From the NCBI GenBank assembly GCA_963758915.1, contig CAVWXH010000015.1:81737-145736 (forward strand): a stretch of DNA of 64,000 bases, written 5' to 3'. Made by a program: the position numbers and the translations under genes. Below the pieces are notes generated by a model. It worked only from the letters and a program-made list of their open reading frames with translations. It was not told where the DNA came from and ran no database searches. Positions 31,061-42,500 of the stretch are shown piece by piece; position 1 is the first letter of the stretch; every line of letters begins with the position of its first letter. Source of the stretch: an uncultured Methanomicrobiales archaeon. GTDB lineage: Archaea > Halobacteriota > Methanomicrobia > Methanomicrobiales > Methanospirillaceae.

Positions 31061-31519
31061 GTTGGAATGTTTAAAAGGATAGAGAAATTTAAAAAAAGAA
31101 CAATATGTTTAGCTTGTTGTCTTGTATGCGGATATTGCTATATATGCATTGCGAAATACTATTCAGTGCCGGAAAATAAACAACAAAGGAACATAAATTC
31201 TTTGTCCTTTTATGCGGCTCCTTTTTTGGTGCCCGTTTGCTTTTCCGTTTTTTGGAACTGGAAATTAACGATATACGGAAAAGGGAAAGAAAAAAAGAAA
31301 AAGCAGAACAGAGAAACCGAGCAACCAACCACAATCAAAAAAAGAACCAACAAAAACAACATCAAGGAATCTTCCGTCTTAATAGAGAATTGACACGAAA
31401 AACAACGAGAAAGGCATCAGTAGCGGCGAAACAAACAGAACCTGTCCAATGACGACCAACCAAACAGAGTAACACCCGGGCGTTGTCATATATTGTCATA
31501 GGACCGGAACCAGAAAAAA

Positions 31520-31540
31520 CTCCAGAGGAAACAAGGGGGT
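31520..31540 (+). promoter_or_regulatory. Origin recognition box (ORB), inverted relative to the other two
   Basis: CTCCAGAGGAAACAAGGGGGT. Confidence 0.85.
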
Positions 31541-31611
31541 CCCGGCAAACCCAAAAACGAAAAGAAACGGGAAATGTTATGCCATTGTCAATCTATCATA
31601 ATAGTGATGCA

Positions 31612-32100
31612 ATGAACCCGGAACATGTACAACCCATCCCAATAACAACAGGTATCATTACCGTTTCAAGCTCGAGGAACAGAGAAACGGATTCCAGTGG
31701 AAAGATCATAGCAACAGAGCTCGGCCAGGCAGGGTATCCCGTTGACTACTACGAGATTGTGCCTGACCAGATCGAACAAATACGGATTGCAATGGATAAT
31801 GGGCTGAAAAAATGTGATTGCCTGATTCTGAACGGAGGAACAGGACTAACATCCGATGACTGCACCATCGAAGCCATTGAACCCCTTTACGAGAAAAAAA
31901 TTGACGGGTTCGGTGAACTGTTCAGGATGAAAAGCTATGAGGAAATCGGACCAGCTGCTATGCTTTCAAGGGCAAGTGCCGGGATCATTCGGAAACATCT
32001 CGTTTTCTGTATTCCCGGCTCCAATGCCGCGGTGAAACTGGCGATGATCACCCTGATAATTCCCGAAATCCGTCATATACTGACTCATACAAGGAAATAA
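31612..32100 (+). CDS. moaB: Molybdopterin adenylyltransferase MoaB/MogA
   Basis: ITVSSSR...DSSG, IVPD, GGTGLTSDD.T.EA, GFGELFR, AMLSRA, PGS. ATG 31612 (the longer predicted start runs through the ORB). Confidence 0.93.
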   Translation: MNPEHVQPIPITTGIITVSSSRNRETDSSGKIIATELGQAGYPVDYYEIVPDQIEQIRIAMDNGLKKCDCLILNGGTGLTSDDCTIEAIEPLYEKKIDGFGELFRMKSYEEIGPAAMLSRASAGIIRKHLVFCIPGSNAAVKLAMITLIIPEIRHILTHTRK

Positions 32101-32760
32101 AAAAGGGACCATTTAACCCCAGACAACTGCCTTTTCCGGAAAACAACAGGCAAAATTCAGACCCGATGTATCCAGGTGCGTTTTTCGGCAGCCAGGGGAA
32201 AAAAGCCCCCTCTGATGGTAGGTTGAATTATTAAAGCGGTATAGCGGCATATTTTTAATAATGGGTGCAATGATCCGGCCAGTCATGGAAGGGGCTCATA
32301 ATTCCAACGGTTTGCGTATTCTGGAAGGCATCTTTGAAAACCAGGTTCACAGGTCGCATGTCTGCAAAAAGGGGAAGGTGTATTGTTAAAAAGGCTACAA
32401 GCCTACAAAATGAAAATGCCAGTGGGGATTTTCATATTAAACGCCTATGACCGCCCTGCGGTCGGGCATAAAGAATGAAATTGCCGATGGGATTTTCATT
32501 GGAAATGCCCGGGGCCTTTTACCATCATGCCTGTTTTCATTGGGTGTGTCTGTCACGGGAGGAATCATGTTGTTTTTAATGCGACAGATAGCAGCATTAA
32601 AAATTCCTGTGCGTGTTCCGGAGTGCGATACCTGTTTTCTTACCAGTTTGCTATGGTATACGGATCCACTGGCAGGATGAGAAAAGCTGACTGAACCGAC
32701 TTCTTCAAACCCGCCGGGCCATCATACATTACCGCACCATCCCCATGATCTGTTTTGCGA

Positions 32761-33327
32761 TTATTTATTCACTTCAAGAAGTGCGACCCTTTCAAGAACG
32801 AGTTCTTGTATCCGATCTCCTCCCGTCACCTCAATTTCATCGTTGGTGATACCAAACAAAGAAATCAGTATATTCATTTTTTCATCTGTAATCCGCTCCC
32901 AGTCTTCGGTTGATATGGTCATCACGGTTAAGAGCTCAGACCATATCTGGGAAGTTATCGGGTAAACGCAGAGATAGCAGTTATTCAACCCCTGGTGAAC
33001 ACCGAATTTTGCTGCGTCCTGGCACTGGCGGGATCCTGCTGCATAAAGGAGTGCCTCAATTTCAAAGGAACTGGAAATACAGGAGCCCCGTTTCATCGCC
33101 CTTTTTGCATGGAGCATTGCAGAAATAACATGATCCTGCCCTGCCATGAGCTCTGCATTGAAACAGACAATAAAAACACCACTCCGGTTAGAAAGGTCCC
33201 GTAACCAAGAGAGGAAGTTTCCGATATCCCGGACCTGAAATGATACCTGACGGATTTCGAAATCCAGATTCCGGACAGTACTATCATTGATGATATCCTT
33301 TCGACTCCTGTTGTCAGATGTATCCAT
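32761..33327 (-). CDS. cgi121: KEOPS complex subunit Cgi121
   Basis: AG..H...A..HA.RA, EALLYAAGSRQC..A..FG, ELVLERVALL. Confidence 0.9.
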   Translation of the reverse strand: MDTSDNRSRKDIINDSTVRNLDFEIRQVSFQVRDIGNFLSWLRDLSNRSGVFIVCFNAELMAGQDHVISAMLHAKRAMKRGSCISSSFEIEALLYAAGSRQCQDAAKFGVHQGLNNCYLCVYPITSQIWSELLTVMTISTEDWERITDEKMNILISLFGITNDEIEVTGGDRIQELVLERVALLEVNK

Positions 33328-33377
33328 TTTCTACCCCTGATTGATGTTATATCCGGGTTACCCGGGGGAAAACCCAC

Positions 33378-35549
33378 TTATTCCTCAAAATGGGATAACA
33401 TGGATTGCGTTTTGCGGGTCACTGGTCTTTCCCCGGACTCAACCTGTTCTTCTCGGTTCTTAGAACTCTGCCTTTTTTCGGAGTTAAATAATTTGTCTGT
33501 AATACCCTTTCCAAGGATTTGTGCGACCCGGTCTTTTCCCGCCGAATGAAGGTCTTCCGGTGATGTAATCCCGCTGTTAAACAGGCGCCGTGCGCGCACA
33601 CGACCGATGTTCCTGATTTTTACCAGCGGCAATAACTCCCTTTTTACACCGTATTTCATACAGTATTCAAATTCTCTGACCTGGTTACGGAAACGGGGAG
33701 AGAACATCGGGGCAAGTCTTGAGGTCGCATGAAGCAGCCAGTTCACGCTTTCAACCATCGAATAAATATCCCCCGGGCCTACTGAATACCGTTCGCATAT
33801 CATTGTATCAGAGAGCTCGTTTGCCCAGTCCTGGAGAAGCATCGTTGTTTTTAAACCCCTGTAATATGCCTCCTCCTCGTCAGCGGGTAACGGGAGCCAT
33901 AGTTCATCTCCACGGTCGCCGAGAAACCGGTCAAGGTACGGGATATCCTTGTTGCTTACATAGAGGGTGTACATATCGGGTGTGCTGCAAATCAACTGGA
34001 GAAGCCCGATATCTGAGTAATCCTCTGCAGAACACATCCCACTCACAATTGCATCTGCACCCCGCGGGTCGATATATAACTGGGAAATAAGAGCCCCGAA
34101 TTCTGTAGCTGATAGAATTGCACCATTTTCAGTGATCATTTCGGTCGTCAGAAGAAATTCGATTACCTGCGCAATAACACGAGGGATTACCCTGCTCTGT
34201 TTATGCTGGTAGAGAAAAAAAGTCCTGTCCATAAAAGCAGAAATCTCCTCCCGGGACCTGACAAAGCCGGAAGCAATAAGCGAAAGGATATGGGTACAGA
34301 GTGCCGTCTCGGTTCCGCACTGTGAATAGACATCTTCCGCCGGGGCATCAATATACCATTCGAACAGTGCTTCGACATCCTGGTCGTCTTTTGCAATCAG
34401 GACGGCCTCACCATAGGGGTCGAGATGGGGGCGTCCTGCACGACCGGCCATCTGGTGGTATTCCCTCACGGGGATTGGGACCATGCCTTCCCCGGAAGTG
34501 AAACGACGATAGTCCCTGATAATTACCCTTCTTGCAGGAAGGTTAAGCCCGGCCGCCAGGGTTGGCGTGGAGGATATACACCTGATATGTCCTTTCCGGA
34601 AGCCCCCCTCTATTATTGCCCTGGCTTCTCGTTTCAGCCCTGCATGATGGAATGCGGCCCCGGACTCGATACAAGCGGCAAGTAATTTATCATTATCCGT
34701 TTCCGCCATTTTTTTAATTCTTTCTGATAGCTCCTTCAATTCTGGATTCTCTAATTTAAAGGCAGATGCAGCCCGCTTTGCAAAAGCCTCTGCATTTTTC
34801 CTTGACGAGACAAACACAAGACACTGGCCACCTTCGGTAATCGTGTCCATGCAGAGGTTGAGGTCATCGTACTTTGATACGGTCTCTACCGGGCGGCAAA
34901 CCTCGTGAAACCTGATCTTTCCGTTATAAAATACACCCTGCCGGAGGTCAACAGGTCTCCATTCGCTTGTTACGAGCTCCGCGTCCATCCAGCGGGCGAG
35001 CACACCCGGGTTCCCGATCGTTGCACTCAATGCGATAACCTGCATATCCGGGTTACGATACCTCATTTTTGTGATGACCATCTCAAGCGTTGCCCCGCGA
35101 TCAGGAGAATCGATCAGGTGGACCTCATCGACAACCAGGAGTGAAATATCCTTTATCCATGGCGCAGTGTTCCTGATGAGGGAATCTACTTTCTCGCTCG
35201 TTGCAACGATGATATCATTCTTTCCAAGCGACTCGTCCCGCCGGTCTAAATCTCCAGTGGAAATCCCAACGCGGACATCTTTCCTTGAAAATTCATCAAA
35301 CTTTTCACTTGCAAGTGCCTTGAGGGGGACTATATAGAGGCACTTTCCCGATTTCCCGATATGGTGGTGCATAGCCATCTCGGCCACAAGGGTCTTTCCG
35401 CTCGCGGTAGGGATCGCAACAAGGAGGTTTTTTTTGTCAAACATTCCCTTCCGGACGCATTCCGCCTGGGGTGGGTACAGGTCCGAAATCCCGGCCTTGT
35501 TATAATATGCCTTCAGGTGCCCCGATATTGGTAATTCCTCGATTTTCAT
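33378..35549 (-). CDS. hel308: Ski2-like ATP-dependent DNA helicase Hel308
   Basis: [45 protein letters not shown]-terminal HhH. Confidence 0.95.
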   Translation of the reverse strand: MKIEELPISGHLKAYYNKAGISDLYPPQAECVRKGMFDKKNLLVAIPTASGKTLVAEMAMHHHIGKSGKCLYIVPLKALASEKFDEFSRKDVRVGISTGDLDRRDESLGKNDIIVATSEKVDSLIRNTAPWIKDISLLVVDEVHLIDSPDRGATLEMVITKMRYRNPDMQVIALSATIGNPGVLARWMDAELVTSEWRPVDLRQGVFYNGKIRFHEVCRPVETVSKYDDLNLCMDTITEGGQCLVFVSSRKNAEAFAKRAASAFKLENPELKELSERIKKMAETDNDKLLAACIESGAAFHHAGLKREARAIIEGGFRKGHIRCISSTPTLAAGLNLPARRVIIRDYRRFTSGEGMVPIPVREYHQMAGRAGRPHLDPYGEAVLIAKDDQDVEALFEWYIDAPAEDVYSQCGTETALCTHILSLIASGFVRSREEISAFMDRTFFLYQHKQSRVIPRVIAQVIEFLLTTEMITENGAILSATEFGALISQLYIDPRGADAIVSGMCSAEDYSDIGLLQLICSTPDMYTLYVSNKDIPYLDRFLGDRGDELWLPLPADEEEAYYRGLKTTMLLQDWANELSDTMICERYSVGPGDIYSMVESVNWLLHATSRLAPMFSPRFRNQVREFEYCMKYGVKRELLPLVKIRNIGRVRARRLFNSGITSPEDLHSAGKDRVAQILGKGITDKLFNSEKRQSSKNREEQVESGERPVTRKTQSMLSHFEE

Positions 35550-35756
35550 CAGTCAACCCCCGGACATTTGATGCAAAATACCCTATATCCAGCTCCAAAT
35601 TCCGACCCCTTTAATTCCACTCTAATAACATTCCAGCATAGTTAAATTGATCAACAGAGCTTAGAGAACCTGTATTACTTTCCAGTGGAAATGGTCATGT
35701 CGAATACCGGTCAATTATGGCTCTCTTCAATTAGCTCAACTAACGACCAGGAAAAA

Positions 35757-36296
35757 TTAGTAATAATAGCTGATGACATCCTGCTTTAACTCCCTCTTTT
35801 TCTTTTCCAGGAAAGAGAAGACCGCTTCATGGGGAACGCCCTGGATAAGCATATCGATAGCAGTCCGGGCTACCTTAATATGCTCTGGTAAACCGATAAG
35901 GGCAATCGTTTTCCCGAACACCGATATGGAAACCTGTGTCATATCTTCGATCTGCTCCCTTGATTTCCCGTCTTTTCCGATAATACGGCCCCTGATCCGG
36001 TCAAGCTGATTAGGAGTATCTGCTATTTCAGACAGGTCAATTACATCAAACAACAAATCCTCATCATCGAGGAGACAAAAGGCACGCTCAGGTGAAAACC
36101 CCCGGTTAATGGCGTTAACCGTCTCAATTGCCCGTAAAGCCCCGAGTGCCTCTTCCCCCTCGACCCTGACCATTCCCTCTTTACTATCTATCGTGATTTG
36201 AGCCCCGGATTTTTCCTCCAACTTCTTTTTCGTCGATCCTTCCTTTCCAATCAATGCTCCAATCCGGCTTCCTGAAACTTTTATTTCCTGCATCAT
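35757..36296 (-). CDS. dim2: KH-domain ribosome biogenesis protein Dim2/Pno1
   Basis: RIGALIGKEG, AINRGFSPERA, GRIIGKDG. Downstream of rio1. Confidence 0.9.
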   Translation of the reverse strand: MMQEIKVSGSRIGALIGKEGSTKKKLEEKSGAQITIDSKEGMVRVEGEEALGALRAIETVNAINRGFSPERAFCLLDDEDLLFDVIDLSEIADTPNQLDRIRGRIIGKDGKSREQIEDMTQVSISVFGKTIALIGLPEHIKVARTAIDMLIQGVPHEAVFSFLEKKKRELKQDVISYYY

Positions 36297-36309
36297 GACT
36301 AAATCACAC

Positions 36310-37113
36310 CTATTTTCCCAGCTGTTGTTTATCAAGATCCGGGAAGACAAGACCCGTAATCCTTGTAAAAAGTTCTCGTTCATCCTTCACTTCGCAGCGG
36401 GAAGAGAAGAAATGATTGATGTTTGCAATATCCCTTTTCAGGAATTGAAATGCTCTCGGATGATCTGTTGTTACCGATTGTCCCATGTCGATGAAAAATG
36501 GCCGGTCCCCGAAAAGGATATTAAACTCGCTCAGATCCGCATGGATAAGCCCGGCTTTATTGTACAAATCTACCATAAATGATATGATCTCCTCATAAGT
36601 TCCCGATGCATCCTCGAGGTTGACATTCCGCATCTGCGGGTACGGATGCCCGTCAGCCCCCATAAACTCCATTATGAGGATATTCCTGTCCCAGACATAT
36701 GGTTCTGGTACTGAAAGACCTGCCTCGTGCGCCCGTTTCAAATTTGAAAATTCTTTTTTTGCCCAGGCAAAAATAAGGTCCTTTCGTGATTTTCGCATCC
36801 CTGTAAAACGACGGTCTCCAAGAATGTATTCATTCATCGTATTGAAATTAGCAGTTCTTATCCTGTAAATCTTGATAGCAACATCAGTCCCTTCCCGGTC
36901 GGCAAGAAAGACGTTTGCCTCTTTACCGGTGCTGATCGAACCCCCGATAGCCGAGAGCCACTTTTTATGGACCAGTTTGTATAGTGCGAGAAGTGTAATT
37001 TCGTCGAATACATCATCCCTGACTTTGAGATGGTTGGCATCCTTGATCCTGATACCGAGCCGGTCAACTTCGCGATCGAAATCAAATTCCTTTTCAGGCT
37101 GGTTTCTATTCAT
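36310..37113 (-). CDS. rio1: RIO1 atypical Ser/Thr kinase
   Basis: STGKEANVF, AIKIYR, WAKKEFSNL, HADLSEFNIL, IDMGQSV. Confidence 0.94.
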   Translation of the reverse strand: MNRNQPEKEFDFDREVDRLGIRIKDANHLKVRDDVFDEITLLALYKLVHKKWLSAIGGSISTGKEANVFLADREGTDVAIKIYRIRTANFNTMNEYILGDRRFTGMRKSRKDLIFAWAKKEFSNLKRAHEAGLSVPEPYVWDRNILIMEFMGADGHPYPQMRNVNLEDASGTYEEIISFMVDLYNKAGLIHADLSEFNILFGDRPFFIDMGQSVTTDHPRAFQFLKRDIANINHFFSSRCEVKDERELFTRITGLVFPDLDKQQLGK

Positions 37114-37124
37114 AGAATCCTCCG

Positions 37125-38066
37125 TTAATGGACGTAATCCCGGACCGGGGCAAGGATCTCTGCCAGGTAAGTCCCGAGGGTCTTTTTCAGGTCGAGCGGG
37201 TGGATCTCTCCCTTCTGGTAGGCCTCATGAAGCGCGCAATAGTTGTTGAATTCCAAATCCCCGCCGAATTTTTCCGGCCGCCTGACACTCACCACAGGAA
37301 CGCGGGGGAATACGTGGTACTGGAACATCTGGAGAACAGCATTGTCCTCACATTCAGGAGGACAGAACGCCTTCTGGCATTTTTTATTAATTGTTTCCTC
37401 TGTATCTGCAACTGAAATGTAATTGCCACTTGAGGAAGACATTTTCTTACCGTCAAGACCGTTGAGGATAGGTGTATGAATGCAGACCGGAGAGGAATAT
37501 CCGGCATTGACAAGGTGCTCCCGTGCCAGCATATGGATCTTCCGCTGGTCAATCCCTCCGACCGCAGCATCTACCCCAAGCATCGCAATGTCGACCATCT
37601 GCATAATCGGGTAAATCATCTGCGAGACGGTCGGGGCCTCCATCTGCCGTCCGACCTCGTCCATGCTCCTTGTCGCTCGGTTCAGGGTAATCTGCTGAGA
37701 GAGGCGGAGCATAAGGAGCTCATATTCGGGATTCAGCTGGAGTTCTGAGCCGAGGACAAATGTTACATCCTTCAGGCCGAGCCCCTCAAAACACCGGCGG
37801 TTATAGTCGGCAAGCTCCCCGACCTCATCCATCGTCCCCTTCCGGTTCAGGAATGCATGGAGGTCAGCGAGCAGTACAACAACTTCAAACCCTGCGTCTT
37901 TGAGGTCCCGGAGTTTATTGACTGTTACCAGGTGACCAAGGTGGATCTCTCCACTCGGCTCGTACCCGGCGTATACCCGCTTTTTCGGTTTTTTGAGGAG
38001 TATTTTTAGTTCTTCGTCAGTGACGACCTCTACGGTATTCCGTGTCGCCAGTGCATACGGGTCCAT
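37125..38066 (-). CDS. tyrS: Tyrosine--tRNA ligase
   Basis: YAGYEPSG.IHLGH, YPIMQ..D, GGIDQRKIH, KMSSS. Confidence 0.96.
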   Translation of the reverse strand: MDPYALATRNTVEVVTDEELKILLKKPKKRVYAGYEPSGEIHLGHLVTVNKLRDLKDAGFEVVVLLADLHAFLNRKGTMDEVGELADYNRRCFEGLGLKDVTFVLGSELQLNPEYELLMLRLSQQITLNRATRSMDEVGRQMEAPTVSQMIYPIMQMVDIAMLGVDAAVGGIDQRKIHMLAREHLVNAGYSSPVCIHTPILNGLDGKKMSSSSGNYISVADTEETINKKCQKAFCPPECEDNAVLQMFQYHVFPRVPVVSVRRPEKFGGDLEFNNYCALHEAYQKGEIHPLDLKKTLGTYLAEILAPVRDYVH

Positions 38067-38103
38067 CAGAAATCATGGGTTATGAAGGGAGTTAATGGTT
38101 ATT

Positions 38104-39123
38104 CTAAATCGCAGTAAACCCGAGCGCTTCGTTCGTCATGCGGATTGATCTCTCCGGATCCTTTTCAGACCCGATCATGGCCCGTATTGCATCGATATTT
38201 TCGACGACAACATCTGCTTCCTGGTGGATTGCCTGGAAGAGGTAGAGCTCTTTACCGACCATCGCAACGGAATCTTCGAAAATTCCGTTTTCCCATAGGT
38301 CCGAACGGCTGCGGCCGAGGTCCATGACATATTCCTTGAGCTCAGCGGTACTTGTGATACCGGTTGACTTGCGGACAAGTCCCATCCGGGGATGTTTTTC
38401 AATGATAGCAAGGATATCCTCACGAGTCGCTGCCTTTTTTAAATCCATGCTGATGGCATGCATGTGCATCATTGTTGTCGGGACAATCATTGCCATTGTC
38501 ACGATAGGGATATGGGGGAGTACTGTCTGGACATCCGGACCATGATGGCTAGGGATTGTTACCGGGTTCAGGACGACTGCATCAATCGGGCCTTTCTTTA
38601 TTTCCCCAGGGTCAGAACCACGTCGTACCATCACGGCCCGGACTTTTTCGACACCGTATGCCCTGTCCATTGCATGGATGATCCGGCACAGGCCTGTCGT
38701 GTTACAGGATACCACTCTCGCAAACTGGCGCCCAAATGCATCCTTGTAGTTACAGTCGGAATTGAAGGAGAAACCTGCGACTTCATGCTCTTCCCCTCCC
38801 TGGTAAATAGCTTTTACACCAATCTTCTGATAGAGGGGCTTGTTTTTTGCCCCGACGTCGCCAGGGGTCGCATCAATTACAATATCTGCTTTCGCAAGCA
38901 TCTCATCAACGCTGCCTGCGACGGGAATGCCAACCTTATCAAATGCACTTTTCTTCGAAATATCCGCAATATAGAGCGGATAACCCCTTGACTTGGCTAT
39001 AAATGCATCAGCATTGGGGCGTGTTTTCGAGACACCAACTATCTCCATATCAGGTTGGGCCGATACTGCATCAGCCACCCTTTTTCCAATGGTACCATAC
39101 CCATTAATTGCAACTTTAATCAT
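38104..39123 (-). CDS. gap: Glyceraldehyde-3-phosphate dehydrogenase, archaeal type II
   Basis: INGYGTIGKRVADAV, VVSCNTTGL, SHHGPDV, QAIHQE. Confidence 0.96.
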   Translation of the reverse strand: MIKVAINGYGTIGKRVADAVSAQPDMEIVGVSKTRPNADAFIAKSRGYPLYIADISKKSAFDKVGIPVAGSVDEMLAKADIVIDATPGDVGAKNKPLYQKIGVKAIYQGGEEHEVAGFSFNSDCNYKDAFGRQFARVVSCNTTGLCRIIHAMDRAYGVEKVRAVMVRRGSDPGEIKKGPIDAVVLNPVTIPSHHGPDVQTVLPHIPIVTMAMIVPTTMMHMHAISMDLKKAATREDILAIIEKHPRMGLVRKSTGITSTAELKEYVMDLGRSRSDLWENGIFEDSVAMVGKELYLFQAIHQEADVVVENIDAIRAMIGSEKDPERSIRMTNEALGFTAI

Positions 39124-39551
39124 AACATGTGGAAATTCAAAATTAAATTATTTAAACCTAATCTTTTGATAACCGGGATTGAATGGCAGGTATCATGGAA
39201 GAGACCCAACCGATTGCAGAATTAATACTGTTCGGGATGAAAGCGAGATTATTTTGTTTTTGTCGAAGAGAATACAATTGCAAAAAACCCGATATTTTTG
39301 TCTTTTTAAACAACGAATATTGCGTTTTTAATGAACGTATATTGTAGAATCAACGATGAAAGCCAATGGTTTGCAATAGTGTCACCCAATGAACTATACA
39401 TATCTTTCTATACCTTTGCAATTCTTATTGTTCAGGATTTCAATCCTGCCATGCTCAGGTCAGCCGTGGGAACGTTTAATGACAAAAGCAAGGTTAAAAA
39501 TTTCAATGCGGTGAGAATACGAATTTCTTGCCAAAATCCGGGGTGTGAAAA

Positions 39552-42500
39552 ATGTATAAAAAACAGGATATGCATAGCCTTAGCAGTAGCTGTAGTTCTT
39601 TAATATCATCGTTGAATTCCCGTTCGCCAGTAGTTACCCTTCTTATTATATTTTCGATTTTTTTGGTACTATTTGCGGCAGGTGGTGTGCATGCCGAGGA
39701 ACCGACTATCTCAGGAGAGACGAACCAGGTACTAGCAACTATCACCCCAACAGGCACCCCGGCTGAGCAGGGAACAATAGAAAATGAAGTCATCCCCCCC
39801 GTATTACTAGTCCCCCCTGCCAGCACCCCGGCTGAGCAGGAATCAATAGGAAATGAAGTCATCCCCCCTGTAGTATTAGTCACCCCAACCGGTACCCCGG
39901 CTGAGCAGGAATCAATAGAAAATGAAGTCACTCCCCCTGTAGTATTAGTCACCCCAACCAGCACCCCGGCTGAGCAGGAATCAATAGAAAATGAAGTCAC
40001 TCCCCCTGTAGTATTAGTCACCCCAACCGGTACGCCGGCTGAGCAGGAATCAATAGGAAATGAAGTCATCCCCCCTGTAGTATTAGTCACCCCAACCAGC
40101 ACCCCGGCTGAGCAGAACCTGGTTTTCCCGGAAGAGACAAGCCCGGTAGTAACTGAAGCCATCCTGATACTCACACCTATTGTAGATAACACCACACAAT
40201 CAATTCAGGTCGCAGAATCTCCCATAATATCACCTGAATTCAATACCACGACATTCATCCCCTTGACAAACAATTCAGTGGTCTTACCACAGATTCCTGA
40301 TCCCTTTATTTTACCGAATATAACAGTGCAAGGAACTGATGGTGCAGCACTGGCTAATACATCGTTGGTAACGAACGAGATCAACCAGAGCATGGTCTTA
40401 GAAAATGTGACCCAGGACCTGCCAGGCCTGCCGGGTAACAATTATACCTGGTCTGACCCCCCCCTCAATACAACCCATGACAATCCATATTACCTGAACA
40501 ACCAGAGCTGGGTCATAAATGAATCCGGACACAACTGGATAATGGACCTGGAACCGGCTAACAACACCAATTATCCATCAGGCATCCAATTCGATGGTAC
40601 AAATACGTTCTCTGGTTTTGGCATTAACTTCGCGATTCTTATCAATGCCTCCAATGTGATATTCGACGGGATGGGTGCCATCCTGAACGGTGGCGGAAAT
40701 ACGGAGTACGGGATTATTGTTAATAACCAGTCTGCAGCGAATTACAATAATTTTGGATCATCCCCGTCGATGGGTGGGATCAGCATCACGAACATCACGC
40801 TGACCGGGTTCAAGATTGCCGGAATTTTCTTTAACAACGTAATTGGCGATCAACCACTGGATATTGTTTCGAATATCACCCATGTGAATGCGAGTGGAAA
40901 CCTGGGAAGTGGCATTGTCCTTTCGAATTCCGCGAATATTGAGGTCAGTAATAACCATGTCTATGATAACCTGCAAAATGGGATCCTGCTCCAGTTATCC
41001 AGTAATAACAATGTATCCTGGAATGAGGCGATCAACAACACCTGGAGCGGGGTGAATGTCACCTCGTCCGCTGATAACAGGATCGACTGGAATAATCTTA
41101 CTTATAACAGGGAAGGCCTAGTCCTCGCCAACGCCTGGAATAATACGCTCACCCGGAATAACGCAAGTTACAACAATGAATATGGGTACCTGCTGAATGG
41201 CTCCTGGAATAATTCCATATCAGGCAGTACAGTCCGCAACAACAACTTCGATGGGATCCACCTCACCAATTCCAGTGTGAATAACCTTACAGAAAATATT
41301 GTCATCAACAACCGGATCGGTATCGTCCTGAACGGCTCGAATGAAAACATACTGTCTGGCAATAATGCCAGTTACAATACTCAGAACGGGATGGTTCTTA
41401 CGAACTCAAGTTCGAATATTCTCTATAACAATACCGCATCGCGGAACACATTGAATGGTATCTACCTCAATGCGTCGAGTACTGATAATAACCTGACCCA
41501 TAATTATGCAAACAGCAACACGCAGAATGGCATTGTCTTATCGGGTATTGGTTTTAATAATCTGACAGGAAATAATGCGAGTGGGAACCAGGATGGTATT
41601 GTATTACTCAATGCCTGGAATACTACGCTGATCGGGAACAACGCGAGTTACAACCTGCAATCGGGGATTCATCTGGTATCATCCCGAAATAATACTCTTG
41701 ATTCAAATATTGCGTTTGGAAACACGCTATATGGGTTATACCTCGATTCTTCAGTGAACAACACCCTCAACGCGAATAATGCGAGTAATGGCAATAGTAT
41801 TGGGATAAATCTATATAATTTATCAAGTGGCAACACGCTGACGGGCAATAATGCCAGCCGAAACAACGATAAGGGTATCGAGATCTCCACGTCAAGTAAT
41901 TCCAACATGTTGGTTAATAACACCGTTATTTTAAATACGAATTATGGTGTCCGGATTTTCAGACTCCAGTTTCAACAACCTTTCAGGGAATAATGCCAGT
42001 AACAATAAATACGGGATATATCTGGATAATTCCGCAGTAAATAATACAATCGCTTCAAATTCGATCGTAAGTAATACCCTTGATGGGATTTTCCTCACTG
42101 GTTCAACGAATAATTCCATCTTCTCAAATTATTTGAGTAAAAACCTTAACTACGGGGTTTCCCTGACTAACTCTCAGAATAACCAGATATCAGGTAACAG
42201 TATCAATCTAAGTGTACGTGGGGTTTATCTTACCGGCTCTTCTGGAAACACCCTTGAAAACAATACCATCTCCTACAATTCACAAAGGGGCATCTCCCTC
42301 TCCAGTTCTCCGGATAATACGATCAGTAACAACACTCTGTTCAAAAATACTTATGGCATCTACCTGGAGTCGTCGTCGAACCAGAATAACCTCAATAGCA
42401 ACGATGTGTCATCCAATAACGATACCGGTATTTACCTTTTTGGATCCCGCAATAATTCGTTGTTTAATAACACAGCCACAAATAACCCCACCAGTGGTAT

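Larger units (their letters stand above)
30221..31611. other. oriC: Chromosomal replication origin oriC
   Basis: 1.4-kb AT-rich non-coding region upstream of cdc6 with full ORBs TTCCAGTGGAAACAATGGGGT (-, 30288-30308), CTCCAATGGAAATCAAAGGGT (-, 31040-31060) and CTCCAGAGGAAACAAGGGGGT (+, 31520-31540), plus mini-ORBs at 30224 and 30934. Confidence 0.9.

Noticed and set aside
30369-31452. Small ORFs inside the origin (30369, 31055, 31089, 31237) and the extended moaB start at 31483
   Set aside because: Low-complexity Lys/Phe-rich translations of A/T tracts, in a region occupied by ORBs.
31692-31704. Mini-ORB TTCCAGTGGAAAG inside moaB
   Set aside because: It coincides with the conserved D-x-S-G protein motif and cannot be distinguished from coding constraint.
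39743-40115. 69-bp periodic array resembling CRISPR
   Set aside because: Whole units are repeated with no unique spacers, they are in frame within a CDS, and no cas genes are present.
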